IMG/VR virus record: IMGVR_UViG_3300004112_000026
Location: 1 to 24,271 of that record
Source of the DNA: a virus
Taxonomy: Duplodnaviria > Caudoviricetes
DNA: 24,271 nt
Reading direction: 5' to 3' (one strand)
Shown here: positions 18,333 to 24,271 of the stretch, piece after piece
Layout: every line of letters begins with the position of its first letter
Numbering within the stretch: the first letter of the stretch is position 1
The notes under the pieces: generated by a model
Databases searched by the model: none
The model's input: only the letters and a program-made list of their open reading frames with translations
What the model was told of the DNA's origin: nothing
Program-made: the position numbers and the translations under genes

Positions 18333-18542
18333 TCATGCTCCTAGCAAAGTTTTTTGAGTCGTCGCCGCAGGCGCCTGCACGCCCATGCCGCTTGTCAGAA
18401 TCGTTGATTGCTGACCCATGGCAGCTGCCTGACGGCGGCGCTCACGGTCCATAGAATCCTGAACAGCCTGCTCCTGCTCGACCGGCGCTACCGGTGGCGG
18501 AGGCGGAGGCGGTGGGGGTTTTGAGCTGCCACCAAAGCACAT
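18333..18542 (-). CDS. Small MC- virion protein, 69 aa
   Basis: MCFGG + poly-Pro, 'QSTILTSGMG', 'KTLLGA'; SD GAGGTG; typical pre-portal gene. Confidence 0.8.
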   Translation of the reverse strand: MCFGGSSKPPPPPPPPPVAPVEQEQAVQDSMDRERRRQAAAMGQQSTILTSGMGVQAPAATTQKTLLGA

Positions 18543-18553
18543 AGATCACCTCA

Positions 18554-18587
18554 TGTGAATATCACAACGTGCACGGATTATCGCACC
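18554..18587 (-). promoter_or_regulatory. Candidate structural-operon promoter (extended -10 TGcGATAAT) with downstream palindrome TGTG-N5-CACA
   Basis: Minus-strand GGTGCGATAATC at 18587-18576; palindrome TGTGAATATCACA at 18554-18566 between the predicted TSS and the SD. Confidence 0.5.
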
Positions 18588-18603
18588 AATTTGCCCAGAA
18601 TAA

Positions 18604-20076
18604 TCAAGCGCTTTGCAGCGGATCGTATTCAGTCACCGCTGCTGCCATCTGCCCCAGACTCGGATGAATGTGCGCCAGGCTCGGCGACACCGGGTAAGCA
18701 AAGGTTAATGCCAGTGCGTCAGCCTTGTCCGGGCTGCGCCCAATCAAATCCTTGATGTCGTCCTTGTCGCACAATCTAAACTTGTCGCCCTGGAAGGTGT
18801 AGGTCGCTGCAATCAGCTCCTCGGCCAGCTCCCGATCCCGCGGCAGCGCACCGCCATCCTTGATCCACTTAGCCATCTCAAACCACATCTCGCTTCGCTT
18901 GTTAAAGTACCGGCCATCGAGCGGCTTGCCGCTGAAGTACACCTCGATCGGCGTCTTGTTGATCTGGCGCAGCGCATCCACGACCCCAACGCCATAGCCG
19001 CCGGTCGAGTCAACAAACACAGCGTCCGGCTTCCACTTGTCCATCGACAGGGCCACCTGCTGGGCGACCAACATGGTGTCCGGGATGCGCAAAAGGCGTG
19101 GCTTAAATGCCACTCTGCCCTGGCGCGGGTAGATCACCGAGCTGTCGTCGCCCTGCCTAGCCACGTCCACGCCCAGGATCTTGGCGGCAAACTCGTACTG
19201 TGTCACATCGTAGTGGCGCGACATAGCGCGCTCGACGTCCTCGGGTCCAATCAGCGCATTGGCCGAGCTCGACGGGAACACGCCGCGCACACGCACGCGC
19301 ACAAAGTCGGAGTCCTCGCCGTAATCGTCGACCCACTTCTGCAGCTGGGCCTTGTTCGTCATGGCCACGGTGCGGCTATCGATCTGCCGGGTGATCCACC
19401 GGTGGCGAAAGCGCCCAAAGCATTCACGAAACCGCCCGGTGTTTAAGGTCGGGTTACCAAAGCAGCACCAGATGATCTCGGTGTTGGCGTCAGTCAGCGC
19501 ACCCTCCGAGACTTCCCAGATCAGGTCAGGGATGGCGGACGCCTCATCGAACACCAGCAAGATGCGCTTGCCCTTGTTGTGCAAGCCGGCAAACGCTTCG
19601 GTGTTGCGCTCGGACCAGGCCACCATGTCGATGCGCCAGGTCTTCTCGTGCGCTGGATCCTTGGAAAACAGCGCCGTGGCGGTCAGCTCAAACCAGTGGC
19701 GCACCAGGCAGATGCGGTGCCACTTGGCCAGCTCCGCCCAGGTTTTGGTTTTGAGCTGGTTCTCGGTGTTGGCAGTCACCACGCCCTTGGTGTCCTCGTG
19801 GGTGGCGATCGCCCACAAGATCAGCCAGGACACCAGCGCTGATTTGCCGATGCCGTGGCCAGACGCAATCGCCAGCTGGATCGCCTCATCAGCCGACATG
19901 CCGGCCTGCAGCCGCTTGCCGATCTCAATCAGTGCATCACGCTGCCACTCGTCAGGTCCATCAAAGCCGACCAGCTCGCCCTGGCCCCACTCAAACGCAG
20001 CCAGCACAAACCCGAGCGGGTTGTGCGTGAACCCGGCAATGAAGTCGATCAGCTCGTGCTGAACGTCAGTAGACAC
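18604..20076 (-). CDS. terL: Terminase large subunit, 490 aa
   Basis: Walker A 'ASGHGIGKS', Walker B 'LLVFDEAS', 'FGNP', nuclease 'GVDVARQGDD' and 'SPDKADALALTFA'. Confidence 0.95.
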   Translation of the reverse strand: MSTDVQHELIDFIAGFTHNPLGFVLAAFEWGQGELVGFDGPDEWQRDALIEIGKRLQAGMSADEAIQLAIASGHGIGKSALVSWLILWAIATHEDTKGVVTANTENQLKTKTWAELAKWHRICLVRHWFELTATALFSKDPAHEKTWRIDMVAWSERNTEAFAGLHNKGKRILLVFDEASAIPDLIWEVSEGALTDANTEIIWCCFGNPTLNTGRFRECFGRFRHRWITRQIDSRTVAMTNKAQLQKWVDDYGEDSDFVRVRVRGVFPSSSANALIGPEDVERAMSRHYDVTQYEFAAKILGVDVARQGDDSSVIYPRQGRVAFKPRLLRIPDTMLVAQQVALSMDKWKPDAVFVDSTGGYGVGVVDALRQINKTPIEVYFSGKPLDGRYFNKRSEMWFEMAKWIKDGGALPRDRELAEELIAATYTFQGDKFRLCDKDDIKDLIGRSPDKADALALTFAYPVSPSLAHIHPSLGQMAAAVTEYDPLQSA

Positions 20077-20392
20077 GTTCGCGTGCTTGCTTGAGCTTTT
20101 CTGCCAGCACCAGCTCGATTGCGCCGGATACCTCGGCCTTCATCTCACGCGGTAGCACCTTGCCCACCAGGGACATGAACGCCGTCGGGTTAGCCTCGGC
20201 CTGCTCGGCCAAGTACTGCTGGCCGCCGACTTGTTCCAGCGCGCCCAGTACCATAGCCTTCACATCGCCGTTAACTTTGTTCGGCTTTCCCTTCGGTCGG
20301 CCTCCGCCCTTGCGTAGGTTTGCCTCCGATCGATCGCGGCCTGTCAATTCTTCAGTTGCCATGTCGGTAAGTATCGGTAATTTTCTGATCAT
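20066..20392 (-). CDS. terS: Terminase small subunit (probable), 108 aa
   Basis: 'GGRPKGKPNK...VKAMVLGAL...FMSLVGKVLP'; directly upstream of and overlapping terL; alternative start 20362. Confidence 0.7.
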   Translation of the reverse strand: MIRKLPILTDMATEELTGRDRSEANLRKGGGRPKGKPNKVNGDVKAMVLGALEQVGGQQYLAEQAEANPTAFMSLVGKVLPREMKAEVSGAIELVLAEKLKQARERVY

Positions 20393-20754
20393 GATGCGAT
20401 TCTCTCACCATGCAAAGCAATTGTGATCTCGACCTTTCCGCCTGGCTCGGGATCCTGCCAGACCAAATGCAAGCTGCGCACCTGGTGATCATCCTGCCAC
20501 ACTCGCGCTCGAGTCAGACTATCGGCCAAAACCTTCCAGGCATTATCCAAATCGCGCCGGCGATTGTCTGGCGGATACAGCCGGCACTCGACTATGACGG
20601 GCACATCCAGGTTAACCATCTTGCCCTGCTGCATGACGGCGTACTGCACGTCGCGATAGAACCCTTTGGCCTTCTCGCCCAGATAAGTCCTGCCTTGCCC
20701 TTTGCGCCACATCGTGTTGCCCGAAGGTGGGTACGGTAAGGTGAGGTTGATCAT
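20389..20754 (-). CDS. rusA: RusA-family Holliday junction resolvase, 121 aa
   Basis: 'LPYPPSGN', 'PPDNRRRDLDNAWKVLADSL', 'WQDDHQV' match RusA catalytic motifs. Confidence 0.9.
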   Translation of the reverse strand: MINLTLPYPPSGNTMWRKGQGRTYLGEKAKGFYRDVQYAVMQQGKMVNLDVPVIVECRLYPPDNRRRDLDNAWKVLADSLTRARVWQDDHQVRSLHLVWQDPEPGGKVEITIALHGERIAS

Positions 20755-20978
20755 CGCTTCCCCTTGACCATCATGGTGCTTTGGATGGTTGCGTCAATGC
20801 AGGTGCCTTCCATCTGCGTAATCACCTCGTTCAATGCTGTTGCCATGTTGTGCATTTTTTGCTTTTGCTCAACCAGGACTTCCTGGCACAGCGCCTCGCT
20901 CGTGAAGTAGCGCGTCTGCTGCATGAACTCGCAATTGCCAGCGATGCACAAGAAAAGCACCGGGATAAAAATTGTCAT
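20751..20978 (-). CDS. Small hypothetical protein, hydrophobic N-terminus, 4 Cys, 75 aa
   Basis: SD AGGAGAG; ATGA overlap with rusA; MTIFIPVLFLCIAGNC...LCQ...TC. Confidence 0.75.
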   Translation of the reverse strand: MTIFIPVLFLCIAGNCEFMQQTRYFTSEALCQEVLVEQKQKMHNMATALNEVITQMEGTCIDATIQSTMMVKGKR

Positions 20979-21000
20979 TTTTGCTCTCCTTTTTTAAGCC

Positions 21001-21195
21001 TGTCCCAGGGGTGTCCCATACTGTCCCACCTTATATAAGGTGGTGGGACATGGGACACTGACCGTCCCAAGGTGTCCCAGATCGTTTTGGGACAAAACTA
21101 CCGCACGTTTGCTACGTTTTACGGTTAGTGTCCACTCTTGTCCCAGCAAGTCTGGGACAGTCCAATCACAAGGTGTCCCAGGCGTTTCTGGGACA
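21001..21195. repeat. Iteron array / candidate replication origin: 12 TGTCCCA/TGGGACA heptamers around an 18-bp palindrome
   Basis: TGTCCCA at 21001, 21012, 21022, 21073, 21139, 21174; CGTCCCA at 21063; TGGGACA at 21044, 21051, 21088, 21153, 21189; perfect palindrome CCACCTTATATAAGGTGG at 21026-21043; directly downstream of the primase-helicase. Confidence 0.8.
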
Positions 21196-21226
21196 CTTTT
21201 CTTACAAAATCCTGACAAAACCCTTG

Positions 21227-23095
21227 TCACTTTGATCTCTTCCAAACAGGTTTGCCGTGCCCCAAAATCTCGTGCCCGGCGCGCGAGAGCTCATCCAATC
21301 CAGCCTGCGTGATGCCTTGCTCGCCTATAAATCCCAAGCGCTTCAATGCGCCCATGACGCGCCCAGCAGTGGACTTCGATACCATCAGCGGATCTTCCAG
21401 CTGGCGAGCCGTGTGCCACTTCTGGTCAAGGATCTTCAACACTTCGATGGCCGTGATCTGGGTGCCGTCGGTGCGCTTGGCCAGCTGCGAATGGATCATG
21501 TCGCCAGCCACGTCCAGCACCGCGGAGGTCACCGGGTTGCCGTCTTCATCCAACAAACCGGGCAGCTCGACGCCCTTTAACTTCAGCATCATCTCGGGCG
21601 GAATCTCGGCGTCTTTCATCTTTGTAAAGCGCACCCGGACCAGGCCCGAGTCATCCCGCGAGACTTCGCACTCCGCGTCCACCGCGGCTTTTAATGCCGA
21701 GGATCCGCGCGCCCGCTCCATGTTGTGCCCGGCGTGATGGACGGTCGCCACGCAGCAGCCAAACGGCCGGCGCAGCCATTTGTCCAGGTGGGAGATGAAG
21801 ACCGACATGTCTTCAGTGGAGTTTTCGTCGCCGGCGCCAAAGTTACGGGCCAAGGTATCGATGCAAATGAAGGCCGGTGCCTGACCACTGGCGTCGCACG
21901 TGCGTGCGATCTGCTCATACACCGCGCGGATGCTGTCCTCATCAAGCGCCGCCATGGCGCCGCCCGACTTAAACAGTGTCCCTGGGACAATCGGGACACC
22001 GTGGGACACTTCCCAGGCTTTGAATCGCCTGGCCAGACCGTTGTGGCCTTCGCCGGCGATATAGAACACCGGCCCCTGCTTGACCTGGCGCTCAAAGAAC
22101 GCGTTGCCGGTGGCAATTGCGCAAGCAATGTCGACTGCAAAAAAAGATTTGCCGCCGCCCGGTTGCCCGTAGATCAGCGCCAGGGAATCCGCCTCAAACG
22201 CATCGCGCACCAGCCAGTCAATGGGCTTAATGTCAGCGATCAAATCTGACACATCAAAAAATGGGAAGTTGCCGGGATTGTCGTTACTGGATTGATCTAC
22301 ATCAAACGCATCGACTGTATTGTTGACAATGTCATCAACAGTAGCGCCCGCTTCGATCCAGTCGGCCAAGTCTTTACCTGACGTAGGATTGACGACTCTG
22401 ACGCTGCGCGCCTTGTCCCGCAGGGTACTAATTACCCATTCAGCGTGACGCCGGCCAGGCTCGTCCTGGTCCGGCACGACCACGACATCTGCGCCCCGCA
22501 AAAGTTCCCCGAACTCCGGCAGCCACTTGTTGCCGGACCCGTTGTCCGCACCCATCGCATTGCAGGTCGCAACCAGACCCAAGGACCGCGCTACCTCAAC
22601 GTCCTTCTCGCCCTCGCAGACATAAACCGTTTTGCCCTCTGCGATGGCGGCAAGAACTTCGGGCAGCCGATATAGCACCCGGCGCACACCCTTGATTGAC
22701 CAGGTCCACCCGCTGCCATTGATTGGTGCGCGCTGCCTAAAATCCTTCGGCACATACCTCAGTGCCTGGTAGAGCAGCTGGCCATGCTCGTCGGTGTAGC
22801 TGTACTCGGCAATGACCTGGCCTTTTCCTTGCCCCAGATTGATTTGCACCGGTAATGGATCCGGTGAAATGACTGTTTTAGGTGTGTTCCAAAGACCGCG
22901 CGCCTTGAGTTCTGCCACCACGTCCGCCTGTGCGCAGCCTGCATGACAGTGGACTAGAAGCTTGCCGTTGGACTCTTCTTTGATAGATAGCGACGCGCGC
23001 TGGTCTTCGTGCGCTGGACAGCGGCACGACCAGTTGTCGCCAGATTTTGATGCGCCGCCTAGATGGCGTGCTATAGATTCCGAAGTTAACTGCAT
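21227..23095 (-). CDS. Primase-helicase: Zn-binding domain + TOPRIM primase + RepA/AAA_25-type SF4 helicase + C-terminal winged-helix-like region, 622 aa
   Basis: 'CRCPAHED...HCHAGC'; 'VCEGEKD' and 'PDQDEPG'; Walker A 'GQPGGGKS', 'YIAGEG', 'CIDTLAR', 'VHHAG...RGSSAL'. Confidence 0.9.
   Translation of the reverse strand: MQLTSESIARHLGGASKSGDNWSCRCPAHEDQRASLSIKEESNGKLLVHCHAGCAQADVVAELKARGLWNTPKTVISPDPLPVQINLGQGKGQVIAEYSYTDEHGQLLYQALRYVPKDFRQRAPINGSGWTWSIKGVRRVLYRLPEVLAAIAEGKTVYVCEGEKDVEVARSLGLVATCNAMGADNGSGNKWLPEFGELLRGADVVVVPDQDEPGRRHAEWVISTLRDKARSVRVVNPTSGKDLADWIEAGATVDDIVNNTVDAFDVDQSSNDNPGNFPFFDVSDLIADIKPIDWLVRDAFEADSLALIYGQPGGGKSFFAVDIACAIATGNAFFERQVKQGPVFYIAGEGHNGLARRFKAWEVSHGVPIVPGTLFKSGGAMAALDEDSIRAVYEQIARTCDASGQAPAFICIDTLARNFGAGDENSTEDMSVFISHLDKWLRRPFGCCVATVHHAGHNMERARGSSALKAAVDAECEVSRDDSGLVRVRFTKMKDAEIPPEMMLKLKGVELPGLLDEDGNPVTSAVLDVAGDMIHSQLAKRTDGTQITAIEVLKILDQKWHTARQLEDPLMVSKSTAGRVMGALKRLGFIGEQGITQAGLDELSRAGHEILGHGKPVWKRSK
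21977..22015. repeat. Second iteron cluster inside the helicase CDS
   Basis: TGTCCC 21977, TGGGACA 21983, CGGGACA 21992, TGGGACA 22002, TTCCCA 22010. Confidence 0.6.
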
Positions 23096-23136
23096 CCCCG
23101 TCCCATTGTTGTTTTTTTTGCCCTGTCCTTAAAGAT

Positions 23137-23207
23137 GCCAGCGCCGATATTCGGGACAGGGGAGTCGATGAAACCCTCGTTAGCTAGACAAGGGCATCGG
23201 CGCTGGC
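23137..23207 (-). ncRNA. Predicted structured leader / small regulatory RNA (closing stem + two internal hairpins)
   Basis: Perfect 12-bp inverted repeat GCCAGCGCCGAT / ATCGGCGCTGGC; internal stem CCCTTGT/ACGAGGG with G-U pairs favouring the minus strand; predicted TSS from the upstream -10 falls on the first stem base (23207). Confidence 0.55.
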
Positions 23208-23212
23208 GGTTA

Positions 23213-23241
23213 GATTATCGCACCGTGTTGGGTTATCCTCA
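23213..23241 (-). promoter_or_regulatory. Candidate promoter (extended -10 TGcGATAAT) with operator-like box over the -35 region
   Basis: GGTGCGATAATC (minus, 23224-23213) is identical to the 12-mer at 18576-18587; TGGG-TTATC-CTCA at 23229-23241. Confidence 0.5.
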
Positions 23242-23490
23242 TCAACTAGGCCGAGGCAATCCGGCCAGCGTTTGTGCGTCCAGCACCACACCACGCTTGG
23301 CCGCTTGCGCAATCAAGCTGCCCCAATGTCGCTGCGGAATCCGGCCACCCGTACCACCTAATGGCGCCGGCGTACACCAGCGAGACACCGCTGACGGACT
23401 CACGCCCACCAATCGCGCCACTGCCCGACAACCGCCCAATCGCATCACCACCGACATTGCGGGCTGCGCATCGTGTTTTGTTTTACTCAT
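23242..23490 (-). CDS. Cro-like HTH protein, 82 aa
   Basis: 'LGGCRAVARLVGVSPSAVSRW...GGRIPQRHW' HTH; divergent from the repressor and upstream of the replication gene. Confidence 0.8.
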   Translation of the reverse strand: MSKTKHDAQPAMSVVMRLGGCRAVARLVGVSPSAVSRWCTPAPLGGTGGRIPQRHWGSLIAQAAKRGVVLDAQTLAGLPRPS

Positions 23491-23593
23491 CGCTTATCTC
23501 AAAAAAAACCAACACTTACAGATTCAATAAAATCCTTCGCCCCTTCAATACTTTGTTGCCCACAAGAATGATTATAACTGCCGTTGACTCCAT

Positions 23594-23610
23594 GTTGCGT
23601 TTGCCTCAAT
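23594..23610. promoter_or_regulatory. Operator-like imperfect palindrome in the cro/cI intergenic region
   Basis: GTTGCG-TTTGC-CTCAAT in the AT-rich divergent promoter region; minus-strand TATAAT at 23576-23571. Confidence 0.45.
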
Positions 23611-23639
23611 ATCTAGAGCCCAATCCCGATATAAGCTCA

Positions 23640-24242
23640 ATGGGCAATTCCTCCGCCGTTAACAAAGCCTGGTTCCAAGAACAGCTCGCGCGCATTGGTC
23701 TATCGCAGCGCCAGCTCGCCAAGCGCATTGACTTGGACCCTGCAGCCATCAGTTACATGTTCGCTGGCAAGCGAGCCATGTCTATGGACGAAGCCAAGGC
23801 CATTGCCGGTCAATTGCTCTTACCTGTCACCGAAGTCATGCGCCAGGCCGGCATCGAGGTCTTGGACGACGTGCGCAAAGTGCCGATTGCCGGCTACATC
23901 GGCCCAGGATCGATCGTCACCCTGCTGCCCAAAGGCACCCACGACACCGCCATCGCCCCGCCCGACGTGCCCTCGGGCTCGTTTGCCATCCAGGTGCGCA
24001 TGGTCCAAACCACCTTCGACGGCTGGTTATACTTCGTCTCAGGCGTACAAGAGCCCCCAGACCAATCCATGGACCGACTCTGCTTGGTCGCCGTGGAAGA
24101 CGGCCGGCTGCTGCAAGGCATCGTGCGCCGCGGCTACAAGCGCGAGCTCTACAACCTGGTGCTCTCACCTGATAGCGGCCCGGTACTGGAAAACCAGAAG
24201 ATTGCCTGGGCCGCACGGGTCCTGTGGATTCAGCCGCTGTAA
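23640..24242 (+). CDS. CI-like repressor: XRE HTH + degenerate S24-like C-terminal domain, ~200 aa
   Basis: HTH 'LSQRQLAKRIDLDPAAISYMFAGKRAM'; C-terminal 'VPIAGYIG', 'FAIQVR', 'IAWAARVLWIQP'. Start uncertain (23640 or 23592); the ORF-track start at 23274 overlaps cro. Confidence 0.82.
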   Translation: MGNSSAVNKAWFQEQLARIGLSQRQLAKRIDLDPAAISYMFAGKRAMSMDEAKAIAGQLLLPVTEVMRQAGIEVLDDVRKVPIAGYIGPGSIVTLLPKGTHDTAIAPPDVPSGSFAIQVRMVQTTFDGWLYFVSGVQEPPDQSMDRLCLVAVEDGRLLQGIVRRGYKRELYNLVLSPDSGPVLENQKIAWAARVLWIQPL

Positions 24243-24271
24243 CATATTGATAATTGGTGAATATTTTTCAC

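Noticed and set aside
18554-18566. CRP site (TGTGA...TCACA)
   Set aside because: Spacer is 3 bp rather than the 6 bp CRP needs; treated as a phage operator candidate.
20931-20978. Lipoprotein/spanin signal in the 75-aa protein
   Set aside because: No basic N-region or canonical lipobox, and no lysis genes nearby.
21001-21195. Possible CRISPR or mini-array
   Set aside because: Repeats are 7 bp, in both orientations, with irregular short spacing; no cas genes.
20994-21245. 83-aa minus ORF over the repeat array
   Set aside because: Its recurring VP/GT/LGQ words are the translated iterons; non-ATG start; better explained as an origin, though translation is not excluded.
23137-23207. tRNA or intrinsic terminator
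   Set aside because: No T-loop/D-loop consensus or CCA end; no U-tract directly after the stem.
23274-23639. N-terminal extension of the 322-aa repressor ORF
   Set aside because: Overlaps cro antisense and the AT-rich promoter region; the HTH begins after 23640.
1-24271. Diversity-generating retroelement, as in BPP-1
   Set aside because: No reverse transcriptase, TR/VR pair or tail-fibre gene seen in this window; could lie beyond the left edge.

Overview
A 24.3-kb segment of a temperate podovirus or prophage with BPP-1/epsilon15-like gene order; the host is probably a Proteobacterium (inference). Almost all genes are on the minus strand. Right to left: a divergent cI-like (+) / cro-like (-) switch, a structured leader, a Zn-finger/TOPRIM/SF4 primase-helicase, an iteron-rich origin candidate, a small Cys protein, RusA, terS, terL, three small 'MC-' virion genes, portal, an unannotated 12-aa Lys-rich mini-ORF, Bbp19-like protein, scaffold, major capsid, two capsid accessory proteins, tail tubular A/B, a GNAT-like gp13 analogue and three ejection proteins. 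The last ejection gene is a >2,200-aa ORF (6615 to <1) missing from the ORF track because it runs off the window. It carries an HExxH metallopeptidase module and an inserted module resembling an HhH DNA glycosylase. Most notable: (1) this glycosylase-like cargo in a protein likely injected with the DNA; (2) a predicted multi-stem RNA upstream of the primase whose loop is complementary to the primase RBS; (3) TGTCCCA iterons in two clusters, one hidden inside the helicase CDS; (4) a protease-dead repressor with a dispersed candidate operator/promoter network; (5) the MC-leader protein family next to an acyltransferase. All family assignments come from motif recognition and synteny, not database searches.
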